Source: Octopus vulgaris (taxonomy: Eukaryota). Taken from it: a stretch of DNA of 64,000 bases. Shown here piece after piece: positions 27,809 through 38,710 of the stretch. The position numbers and the translations under genes are program-made. The notes below the pieces were generated by a model. The model ran no database searches and was not told the origin of the DNA. It saw only the letters and a program-made list of their open reading frames with translations. The DNA lies in assembly GCA_951406725.2 (NCBI GenBank), contig OX597836.1, forward strand, positions 29,822,001 through 29,886,000, written 5' to 3'. Numbering within the stretch: the stretch's first letter is position 1; the number at the start of each line of letters is the position of its first letter.

Positions 27809-28045
27809 CTGCCAGAGGGAACAGGGTTTTAAGCATTTTTGGCTACTGTTATCCATTAAGTACTTAGAATATATTGCTCATATGAAAATGTCAACTACAC
27901 AAAAATCTTTAGATACGAGGAGGAAATAATCTTTTTTAATTACTACTACACAATTCTAATAACGTGTATTGAACACTTTGCATTTCCACAGGTAAACACA
28001 AGCAAATGCCACATATATATACATCGTACATATACATACATACAT

Positions 28046-28094
<49 letters not shown>

Positions 28095-28100
28095 TATATA

Positions 28101-28429
28101 TATCTGTAATATAATATGTGACAATTATTCGGTTGCCATAATAAAACCCTGAGTTTCAGATGTTGGGGCGGAAACCTGTTCCAGTATCTCTTCAGTTATC
28201 GAGGCAATCAAAATATGCTATGAAAATAATTTTTCATAGAAACCGGGCCCATGAGCCTGGCTAGGCTTTAAAAGGGTGCTGAAGAGATGGTGTTGTGGAC
28301 TTCCACCTCGGCATCCGAAACTCAGAGTTTTATCTTGGCTATCGAATAATTGTCACATATTATTTTACAGATAAATTCCTCTATTTACATAGTATAGAGG
28401 TCTCTTTCATTCTTTTGTTGTCATACCAT

Positions 28430-28432
<3 letters not shown>
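28101..28432. mobile_element. Inverted-repeat element carrying hammerhead-like motifs (Penelope-like pLTR/retrozyme-type)
   Basis: Arms about 28101-28195 and 28279-28373 are imperfect inverted copies. Each contains CTGAAGA...GAAACTCAG(A/G)GTT-TTAT. Flanked by (TA)n on both sides. Confidence 0.6.
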
Positions 28433-28472
<40 letters not shown>

Positions 28473-28732
28473 TATGTATATGCACACGCATGCAGGGTAT
28501 TTGGGCTAAATTTGATGATTTTTTTACATCTCTTTTTACAGGAACAGCTTCATGTATTGGTGATTAGTCAATGGTGTTGGAGAGCATAAAGATTAAAGTC
28601 GTAGTTGAGAAAAAGTTGGCTGACATGGAGGACTGGAAATCATTTGAATATTGGAAAAGAGTTACTTGTATCCTGATGATTCATGCAGGGTATCAAAATG
28701 CTGACATTGTGACTGTTGCTCAATGCTCTGTG

Positions 28733-28920
28733 TCTACTCTTCTCCTCTGGAAGCCAGCTGCTTGCAATACTAGAGGGTGCACACTCTCCTACCCTGATGT
28801 AATCTCCAGGGATACAGGCATCCAGCAACAGGACCTACGTAATGCTATGATAGACCGTGAAGTCTGGCGTAACATAGTAAATTCCATTGTCTTGACCATG
28901 GTCAAACAATGATGATGATG
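28733..28920 (+). mobile_element. 5'-truncated RTE-type LINE 3' end with (GAT)n tail, nested in maT element
   Basis: Near-identical to 41810-41998. Encodes STLLLWKP...TLSYPDVISRDTGIQQQDLRNAMIDREVWRNIV* followed by tgatgatgatg. Confidence 0.8.
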
Positions 28921-29235
28921 TAAGATGTGACATGGACAGCTGTAACAGAGACTTTGAAGCCGTGGTCAGAAAAAAGGGACACAGCAGGCATTCTGATTGT
29001 GCCTGCATACCAGAATTCATTGAACAGCTGATGAATAGGACCTTAGACTCAATTCAGACGGCTATGAGACTGTGGTCAAACCCTTGCTGGAAAGCGTTGC
29101 TGCTGGAAGGCCATATATATAACAGCAGGATTCAGCTCCTCGCCATACCTTGACAAAGAGTCAGAAGTGGATGTTAAAGAATCTCTACAACTTTTGCCAG
29201 TCTCAGTTTCTGGCCTCCTAATTTCTTCAATTGTA

Positions 29236-29802
29236 TTGGGTTGTCCGGAAAGTTTGTGCCGATTTAGAGTAGCTTACCTTTCGACATATTTTAGAACATG
29301 GTTGAGTCCATAAAATAGGATTTGACTACACCTCTAGTTAGAGCACATTTAAAGCTATCTTTTCGTGGAAGAAGGTTTATGTTCCTATAACCTGTATTAA
29401 TTCTGTAACCCTTTAAAATGGAGGATAAGAAAGTTCATTTTCGGCACTTGATGCTTTGGGAACCAGACAAAAATTGCTGCAGCTCGGCTGGGATGCGTTA
29501 CCCCACCCTCCATATTCACCAGATATTGCTCCTTCAGATTTCCACTTATTAAGGTCTCTGTAGAATAGTCATAATGGTAAAAAATTTCAATTCCTTGGAT
29601 CATGTAAAAAGATACCTTGATGAATTCTTTGCCATGAAATCACCTCAATTCTGGGAAGAGGGTATTTTCAAGTTAAAGGAAAGATGGAGACGCATTGTGC
29701 AACAAAATGGTTCATATTTGGTTGATTAAAAATGTAATGGCAAGTATTTATTGACCTTTTTCTTTCCTTTAAAAATCGGCAGGAACTTTCCAGACAACCC
29801 AA
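29236..29802 (+). mobile_element. Non-autonomous mariner (DD34D-type) element nested in maT element
   Basis: TA|TTGGGTTGTCCGGAAAGTT...AACTTTCCAGACAACCCAA|TA. Carries the relic LPHPPYSPDIAPSDFHL mariner motif. Confidence 0.88.
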
Positions 29803-31205
29803 TAATTCCATGAATTACTTATTGCAGGGTATGGTTGAGAAAAACACCAACTGCTTCACCTGCAACACCAAAGCGGGTCTGGTGGCCAAGATCAAGGAGG
29901 TGTTTGAACATCTTTCCAGGGACACAGTGAAGAATGCATGTGCCAGGTTCAGAAGCTGTCATTAGGCCATGGTGGAAGCTGAGGGTGGTTACTTTGAATA
30001 AACTGTTATCTCCCAGCCATGATCTAGTTGATAGTGATTTAAAAAAAAAAACTTTAATTTTGGATGGGATATTGTATTTACTTTTTCTTTTGTGCAAACT
30101 ATCAAATTTAGCCCAATAAAAAACCTTCAAAACACACACACACACACAATTTAAAACTATAGTTGCTAATTTAAGTCTTGAAGGGAAAATGATTAAAAAA
30201 ACCCACTTACAGTAAACAAGAATTATAAATTCTCTTTGTATTATTCAGCTCAGCCCAAAGTACTTATAAAATTATTACACACTAAACAGATTATTTTTTT
30301 TAAAGTATAATTAAATTAAAAGTGGAACTTATTCTAGCATTCTGTAGGTAAGACTACTTGCATAGTAATTATAAAAATAAAACATCATCATCCTTTCATA
30401 TCAACTTCATGTTGATTACATGAAAGAAATATGTCACCTTACTCAAATTATTTGATATTCCTCAACAAAAAATAGATTGGTTTATAAAACTGCATTCTGC
30501 AATTAAGGATAATTAAGTTTTGAGTGGATATATCTGATTTCCACAGTAAAAGGGTTAAATGAAATTTAAAGTATAAATTGAATAAAGTTTGGTTTAGGGT
30601 GAAGATAATTTAAACTTTAATTTAAGCTAGTATTGGCTGGGTCAGTGTTATAAAAGTTCTAATTACTTTTTATGAACAAAAGAAACAAATAAAGTTTAAT
30701 CAATCCCTGACACCAGATGGGATACTTTTGTCCTCTATCAACATAATCTAAAGTAATTTAGCACCTAACAAAATGAAACATACTAATTTATTATTATTTT
30801 TTTTTTTATTTAATAGCAATTATTAATCAATACCTTTGCAAAATTATGTTCGTGTTTGAGGTTTGAGTTAAACATGAAAAAGGAAATACTTTTCATCCAA
30901 AGCTTTATACTAATAAAAAAAAATTACTAAACTGACAGACAAAATATGCAAACCTGATATTACTGTAAGGTATTTAAAGTACAAAACTAATAGTTAAATA
31001 TTTCCTGCCGAGGGAGTTGAAGTAAATACAACAAAAATTAAATAACAAAAAGCAACTAAAAGAAATGGATATGACATTATCTATAAAGTATTTATTGAAA
31101 AAAAAAAAGACTTAAAAAAAGTTGTCAACAGGTTATGTAGAGTAGGATAAAAGTGAAAGTACGGAGAACTACTTGAGTACTGTGGCTTCAATAAATGCAT
31201 ATTTA

Positions 31206-31449
31206 TTATTCTCTGCAGAAGCTGGGCACCCTATGGAAGATGACTTTGGCATATCTGAACCATGAAATCTTAGGGGATAATAAGGAGAGACACCAAGGGG
31301 TTGCTATCAATGTGAAATAGATTTGGAGAAAATTAGTGATGGCCTGCCTTGGAAAAAACGGCAGTTTGTTGTGAGGAAACATTTTAACAGAGTTGCCCTT
31401 TATAATTGATGGCAGACATTTACTTCGAACAAATTGGAAATGGGGTACC
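31206..31449 (-). CDS. Candidate alternative terminal exon of ZO-1-like gene (80 aa then stop)
   Basis: ttttattcttgctaaag| then phase-2 entry gives 80 stop-free codons, VPHFQFVRSKCLPSIIKGNSVKMFPHNKLPFFPRQAITNFLQIYFTLIATPWCLSLLSPKISWFRYAKVIFHRVPSFCRE*. About 1 kb of TE-free AT-rich sequence follows. No homology recognised. Confidence 0.35.
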
Positions 31450-31822
31450 CTTTAGCAAGAATAAAATAGGATTTTAACAACACCATAGTTTATGAACCAC
31501 ACAGGAAATCATTTTGATCAGATACAAAATAAAGTTAGATTTGGTATATCAAAAAGAAAAAAGCTTCAAGCAATAAGAACACGAAAAACTTTGTGCACAA
31601 TTTTAGTGAAATATCAAATATATTTTCATACATAATGAGGCAATAAATTAGATGCATTGACATTTGACTTTGCATAGAGCTAAAAATCTATTGTGAATGT
31701 TTGGTTGAAATAAACATTAGAAGTCACGTAGTTCTGGGCTTAAGCCCACTCAGTGTGTGTGTGTGTGTGTTGTGTATATATATATAAATTAAAGTTTACA
31801 GTATTATTGATCGATTTCAGCT

Positions 31823-31910
31823 GGTCTTACCAATTGGTTTCACACCAGGTATTAAATAACCAGAAACTACAGGACAGCATGGTTAAGTAATACCACATGC
31901 TCTTCAGAGA
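31823..31910 (-). ncRNA. Hammerhead ribozyme-like motif with long stem II and palindromic stem III
   Basis: TCT-CTGAAGA-gcat..GGTATTA...TAATACC..gtgt-GAAA-CCAATTG-GTA-AGAcc. Stem III ACCAATTGGT is self-complementary. Confidence 0.5.
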
Positions 31911-32152
31911 TGGTAGGTAGGGTGACTGCTCACTGTTTTTGAAGGTGAAAAAAAGTGTCACATGTGTGTGTGTGTAAAACTTATATGCTGCATGAGGACT
32001 GTTATTTTATACAACTACACACTGAAAATCGATATAACATTATCTTCTCCACATCTACCTCATTACTATATCTATATGAATTGTGTGTGTGTGTGTGTAT
32101 ATACATATACACACACATATATATATATACATATACACACACACACATATAT

Positions 32153-32203
<51 letters not shown>

Positions 32204-32525
32204 TATATACATATATATGCACATATATATATATACATATATACATATACACACATATATATGTATCTGACTGCTTTATATATTGATCTATCTGCTCTAT
32301 GTTTCTCCCCTACATGACATAGTGCACATGATAACAGGACAAAAACGCAAGCAGACTCTAATATTGAGCAAGATTGTGGCATGGCACTACAATTCCATAC
32401 TGAAGCCAATTAATCACAGCTGAGACAAGCAGAATGCTAGAAAATTTGGACACAAAAATTAATCACAAAAAAAAAAAAAAAAAAGAAAGAAACCCACAAC
32501 CAGCTGCAGTTTAGCATAAGTTATA

Positions 32526-32582
<57 letters not shown>

Positions 32583-32663
32583 TTATCAGTGAGACAATCA
32601 GAGCAAACACTGCATAAACGATAGAATTAAAATGAACATTGCAGAAATATAAGCAAAACATAC

Positions 32664-32840
32664 TTTTCTAATTTTTCGTGGTCTGTTTCCAGTTTGTTGT
32701 GTTTCAGGTTTCCATCGGATTGGCCAAAAGATGTAAGTATTTTCCCAGTACTGTCTTTCCTGTACGACTCGAAAGCACTGTCATGATCCTTTTCTCTTGC
32801 TTTCATACTCTCATTCATGGTACTTGGGGCCATCGTCTCC
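32664..32840 (-). CDS. TJP1: ZO-1-like proline-rich/unique-region exon
   Basis: tgttttag|G GAG ACG ATG... to TTA GAA AA|gtatgt. 177 nt, phase 2-2. Reads ETMAPSTMNESMKAREKDHDSAFESYRKDSTGKILTSFGQSDGNLKHNKLETDHEKLE. Confidence 0.82.
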
Positions 32841-33270
32841 CTAAAACAATTGATAGATGGAGAAAACAAAAATTCTTTATTTAGCACAACGTAGCACCTA
32901 TTGCTGTTGGGTTGTTCTGTTCTTCCGTCTGTCTAAAGCATCCAAGCTATGTTCAGCTGGAATTGTTCTAAAGGGTTTCAAATTTCTTTACAAAGGTGGT
33001 GTGATGGTGCCCTATCATGGCTTTAACTGTGATGGTTAAAGAGGTCCAAAAGACTTTAGAAACAAACATTCTTTTGTAATTAGTGAGCAAGAAATTGGAC
33101 TTTGATAAATAGGAATAATTTCAAGGGAATGGAATTTAGGCAAATCTAACATGAAAATGATTTCATATCAACTAACAACGGTCAAATGTTTGAGCTTATA
33201 AATGCTTTGTTATGAAGATATTTTGTCATTGACTCTGTGTGTGTGTGTGTATAGTTGATGGTTCCACTAG

Positions 33271-33315
33271 AGAGGCTGATGAATTCCTCAGGAATGAAAC
33301 AGCAGTGGTCCTGTG
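33271..33315 (+). ncRNA. Hammerhead ribozyme-like motif with canonical core, degenerate stems I/III
   Basis: agagg-CTGATGA-ATTCC tca GGAAT-GAAA-Cagcagtg-GTC-ctgtg. Perfect stem II and full catalytic core, located between microsatellites. Confidence 0.5.
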
Positions 33316-33562
33316 CAAGTCACTGTTTGTTTGTATGTGAGTGTGCATGCATACAATGTACATCATACACATGTACACATACACACACACACAAAAGGGT
33401 ATTTTAACAACATTATAGGCCCCTGGATAAAATAATGTACTGGGGTTCCCACATACACAATCTGATGTATGTTACAGCATATATAGAATAGCTTCAGGTC
33501 CTTAAACTTAACAGGACTCTGGGTAACTTCCCAATGTGCTTATGTCTTTAGATGGAACTCTA

Positions 33563-33614
<52 letters not shown>

Positions 33615-33958
33615 CACACACACCTGCATATTTTAATATTTACTTTTTCCTGATGAGACTACAACAGAGCAGTCTTCTGTGTCCTTGCTGTGGGCAACCC
33701 TCGCCTGCTTCTAAGCAAGGTGTTAATTGTCCAGTGTACTGAACAACAAACAACCTGAACTTGGTTATACAGAGAACTAGAAACAAATGCCACCTTTTGT
33801 TTACACAGATTGCCATCGAGTCAAGAGATCTGGGCATGCTTTTACGATGGGCTGAACAGTGTGGTCTATATCTGTAATCAGCTAACACATGAGAAGACAA
33901 GGGGAAAATATGAACTCACTCACACAAGCACACACATATACATATATACTTATACATA

Positions 33959-34243
33959 TGTTTGTTCCTTCTCGAGCCATACCTGGCTCATAAGGGCCAG
34001 TTTCCTAGTTTCCTTGGTGTATAGGTTCCCCATCTGGACAGGATGCCAGTCTGTCATAGGTGAGGAAAGAGTGAGAGAAAGTTGTGGTGAAAGAGTCAGC
34101 AGAAGTTCGCCATTACCTTCTGCTAGAGCCATGTGGAGCTTAGGTGCTTCGCTCATAAACACACACATTGCCCGGTCTGAGATTCGAACCCATGATCCCT
34201 CGACTGTGAGTTCGCTGCTCTAACCACTAGGCCATGTGCCTCC
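33959..34243 (-). mobile_element. tRNA-derived SINE, second family
   Basis: Reverse complement of the 26555-26841 element. Confidence 0.85.
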
Positions 34244-34251
34244 ACGCATAT

Positions 34252-34302
<51 letters not shown>

Positions 34303-34861
34303 AGTATGGACGTATATATATCAGCATGTTAAATGATGATAAGGTGCATAGCCTAGTGGTAAAGCTATTGCACAGATGGTAGCAAGATTGTGGCTTTGAT
34401 TCCTGGAGCAGCAGTGCATTGAGCTCTTGATCAAAACACTTTATTTCATGTTGCTCCGGTTCACACTCAGCAGTGAAGGAAAAATTCTGTGACAGATTGG
34501 CATTCCATTCTGAAGGAATGTTGGCCTGCCTGCCGAGCCAATGGGGTGGCATCATTTGAAAGCTACAATAATGCAAGGAAGCACATTGTGATCAGTGGTG
34601 TATAACAACATCTGATGGTCTGGTAAATACAGAAATAGAATCACACACACACACACACAACAGATTTCTTCAGTTTTGATCTGCCAATTTCACTTTGTCA
34701 AACTAGGACTAAAATAAAAAAAAAACACCAACTGACATTGTCCATCACATGTGGACAACTTCCCAGCCATGTGGTTCCAAAACGGACTTTTTAACCATGC
34801 AGCCCTGCCTCTGTACACACACATGTACACATATAGATACAAGCACACACACACACGTATA

Positions 34862-35050
34862 TAGGGAGAGTTTATGAAAAAAACAAAAGACGAAGACAGG
34901 TGGTGTACAAAACAAAGAGATGTATTAGTATAACGCTCAGGAATAGAAAATGTCTTTTACATTTCGAGCCTACGCTCGTCTACAGAAAGGGACACAGAAA
35001 AAACAAGGAGAGCAAAAATGTGTGTAGTGGCTAACGATCTATCATGGCGC
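34862..35050 (-). mobile_element. Short interspersed element between microsatellites carrying a very reduced hammerhead-like motif
   Basis: At about 34953-34990 on the - strand: CTTT-CTGTAGAC-GAGC gtag GCTC-GAAA-T-GTA-AAAG. The core is atypical. Confidence 0.35.
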
Positions 35051-35051
35051 T

Positions 35052-35092
<41 letters not shown>

Positions 35093-35486
35093 ATCTTTTT
35101 CAGAATATTGGATCTTAAAGCACACATAAAGCTCTAAATAACTGCATTGAGTTAAAAATGTCCCCCCCCCTATTTACATGCTATTATTATTTATAACTTT
35201 TCAGGTGGTGAGCTGGCAAAATGCTTAGCAGCATTTCGTCTGTCTTTATGTTCTGAGTTAAGATTCTGTCATGGTTGACTCTACCTTTCAGCCTTTCAAG
35301 GTTGATAAATTAAGTACCAGTGAAGCACTGGGGTCGATGTAATTGACCCCAGTCCACTCCTCTGAAATTTCAAGCTTTCTGCCTTTAGCAGAAAGGATTA
35401 TTTATAGCTTTATGTGTACTTCAAAATCTGCTGTTCCAAAAAAAGTATTATTCCTTCTCTTGAAAGTTAATAAATTCGTATGATGT

Positions 35487-35528
<42 letters not shown>

Positions 35529-35605
35529 TATATTTATGCATTTTGCATTAATTAAGAAACGGTGATGAATGAAGATTATGTAAATATAAGTTTTCACTGT
35601 ATATA

Positions 35606-36471
35606 CAGGGTGCAATGGGTAAATTGTTGCTTATTTTTATATTTTCAATTTTGCGCATGTGCATTGTTTGTTTTTGATTTTGTCGACTACACAGTATAGT
35701 AGGGTCAGTTGGGCACCATCTGTGAGAAAAACAGCACCATGACACAATTTACTCAGCCAGAAACTTGGAAATGATAAGCTGTACTGCTTGGCGTTCATGC
35801 TGGAAGCTTCAGTACAAACATTTTAGAGTGTTTCTGAGGACATGTACCAAGAGTGATAAAAGTCAAACAACCAGTCAACATCATGGTGTTTGGAGTGATT
35901 ACTAGTGATGGTGATGTTATGCCTCCATTCATCTTCCCACAAGGCCTCGGATTCAACACACAGGCCTACATGAAGCACCTGGGGAAGGTAGTGCTGCCCT
36001 GGGTCAAGAGGGTGGCTGCTGGAACACCCTATATCAGGCAACAGGACTCTGCACCATGCCACACAAGCAGGAGAACCCAGTCATGGCTGTCATACAATTT
36101 CTGTGACCACACCACCCCTAGCATTTGGCCATCTAACTCCCCAGACTGCAACCCCCTTGATTATTATGTATGGGGTACATTTGAGCAGAAGATCAACGAA
36201 ACTCCTTGTAACACCAAAGATGAACTGAAGGCAAGGGTCATGGTAGCATTCACCAACTTAAACAAGGAGGCCGTCCAGAAAAGTTGCAGGAAATTCTGAA
36301 GTCGTCTGGAGGCTGTGGTTGAAGCCAAATGGCGATTTTATTGAACAGATTTACTCCTTAATATTTCCAGATATTTTTATGTAATTTTGGTAAATATATC
36401 TCTTAAAATGAGATGTCAGTGTTATTTTCATTTTTGCGTAATTTAGACGACAGTTCATTCACCACACCCTG
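35606..36471 (+). mobile_element. Internally deleted Tc1/mariner DD37D (maT) transposon
   Basis: TA|CAGGGTG...CACCCTG|TA ends. ORF 35853-36299 contains QQDSAPCH...WPSNSPDCNPLDYYVWG with exactly 37 residues between the second and third catalytic D. Confidence 0.9.
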
Positions 36472-37209
36472 TATCTTCATTACAGAAAATAATCTTGAGG
36501 CATATAAACCCAAATTGGAAAAAAATGGGTATTGGTATGTGTGGGAATCGAACCCACACCTGCTTCAATATTAGACGTGTGTGAGTGGTGAGTGTATGAT
36601 GGGTGTTTTTTTTTATGTAATATCAATAAAAATTCTTCTAAAAAATTTTATTCTTAAATTTCTTACATTTTGGAAAAAAAAGAAAACTGAATTTTCCCTC
36701 ATAAATTCATTTATGATCAGGAAAAAAAATAAAGGTTAAGATATGCAAAAGAAAAAAATGACAAACAAGGCGAACAGTTACTGTTATATTAGTCCTTTCA
36801 TGCAAAACAGAAATCAGAGGTACATATATTTATTACTAATTAATTTGTTTGTTTACACATGCACATTCCGTTAAGAAATTTGAAAAATAAGTAAATAAAC
36901 GGAGAAGATAAAAAGAAAAACAGTTTTCAAAGGGAAATAATTTACATGGCAAACAGAAAATTGTTCATAAAGTAGGGTGGAGTTGTCTCCCTTATTGCCT
37001 TTACGGCCATTTGTTTTGATATATATAAAAAAGGAAAGTGAAAGAAGTACAAGGCCGACAATTTGTAAGAATAAATCGTATTACATTAATGATACATGTT
37101 CTAAAGACACCAGCAGGAAACGAGCTGAGATTCACTTGGGTCATTCTAATTATCTCAAGGCATTTTATTTACGTTCTTAACATTAGGGTAATATGGTAAA
37201 TAAAATAAC

Positions 37210-37605
37210 GGATCTTTTCGGTTTGAACGGCAGTTTTTTAAAAATAATTTCCACGAAACTAAACACTTTTAAACTTCGTATACTGGTAGAATGTGTTTAT
37301 AAAACATTCTTTTTCTCTTGGCTTTATTGAGAAAATTCTATAGTTTGTAACATATTTGTTGTTGTTTTTCTTCAATTTCTGCAAGTTCAACCGATCAATG
37401 ACGTCTATTGAGGTGAAAACATTCTGTGCCGTATGAATATGTCCCTCGTTTAAGAAACAGATTGGGTTTATTTACGTTTCTGAAGAAAAAAGATACCCTT
37501 CCCCTAAAACATTGAAATGCAATAGATCAATACTAGGGTCATAATTATGGGTGACAATTTCATATGACACCGCTAGAAAAACTGCTGTTCAAACTGAAAA
37601 GATCC
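37210..37605. mobile_element. Non-autonomous DNA transposon with GG termini and 8-bp TSD (Merlin-like)
   Basis: TIR GGATCTTTTCGGTTTGAACGGCAGTTTTT / AAAAACTGCTGTTCAAACTGAAAAGATCC. TSD AAAATAAC at 37202-37209 and 37606-37613. Superfamily assignment is inferred. Confidence 0.8.
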
Positions 37606-38483
37606 AAAATAACTATTCTTTGTTTACTGCTTAAACATATTCTAAATATTACGAAGCTAAACATTCTGGTGTATTCGTATCGCAATTATATCGACTGCAG
37701 TTCTTCACTGGTTCTTTATTCTATTTATCAAGAATGTAATTCTGATTTAGACATAAGACCAGCAGTTTTGATAGGAAACGGGAATCGATACTATCGACAA
37801 ATCCTGTTAAATTTCAAATTTTCACCAGACTGCAGGCTTTTTTTTTCATTGGCTAAACTTTACATAACTTAAAACGCTCGTAACTTTATTATTATTTAAT
37901 TCTAATGAGGAGAATAAAAGTGATTTTCGCCATGAGCATGCAGAGATACATTTTTTGAAGAAAATCTGGTGAAAATGAGAAATATAGTTAAGGAGATTTA
38001 ACCCTTTCACATTCAGATTATTCTTTGAAATTTAATAATTATTTGGAATTAATCACACATTATCTCTAGCTTTGAGACTTTAATGATATTATTGTCTATT
38101 TTTAGAGTAACATTTTAGGGTAGGTGTGAAAGGCCAGATCTAGCTGGTTTTAACATAAAACAAGTAGAAAATTAGGGTTTGGCATTGCTTCTCTGGCTGG
38201 ATGCCTTCCCCAATGTTAACCACTTTATGGATGGGTGATTTTTATGAGGAGAGAGTGAGCTTATGTGAACACAAACATTTGATCACTATAAACAAATCAT
38301 CTGTGTGCTTCTTCAGCAAGAAATTGCTAAACCCTCATACGTCATCTAACGACAGGAGAGTCCATGATGTGTGTATGTATAGAGATTTTCAAATATGTAG
38401 ATGGTTAAATACAGGGGCTGCAATGATGTTTGTCTCTTTGGTCAAGTTATTTTCACGTCCCTTGGGGTTTTTTTTTTTTACAT

Positions 38484-38710
38484 TTAACCCTTTAGTGTTC
38501 AGATCATTCTATCAAACATAATGTTTATTGGTGCACACTGATTTGAATTAATCATGCATTATCTCATATCTTCAAGATCTTGATGGTGTAATTACTTAAT
38601 GTAGAATAACATTGTAGGGTAGGTGTGAGAGCCTGGATCTGGTCAGTTTGAACATAAAATAGATTAAATATTTTGGCCGGATATGGCCAGTTTAAATACT
38701 AAAGGGTTAA
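38484..38710. mobile_element. piggyBac-type MITE (family A)
   Basis: TTAA CCCTTTAGT...ACTAAAGGG TTAA. Confidence 0.8.

Larger units (their letters stand above)
28493..30127 (+). mobile_element. Degenerate DD37D (maT)-like transposon hosting nested insertions
   Basis: Imperfect TIRs CAGGGTATTTGGGCTAAATTTGAT / ATCAAATTTAGCCCAA. Transposase relics resembling QQDSAP.H and FWPPN...CN.M.Y, similar to the 35.6-36.5 kb element. Confidence 0.75.

Noticed and set aside
33645-33690. CTGATGA-gact...agtc as another hammerhead (also CTGATGA at about 3464, 4790, 29027 and 63404)
   Set aside because: No GAAA follows the putative stem II and stems I/III cannot be formed.
36535-36590. tRNA-like fragment (gtgggaatcgaacccac) on the - strand
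   Set aside because: Only a T-arm-like hairpin is recognisable. Most likely a SINE head remnant.
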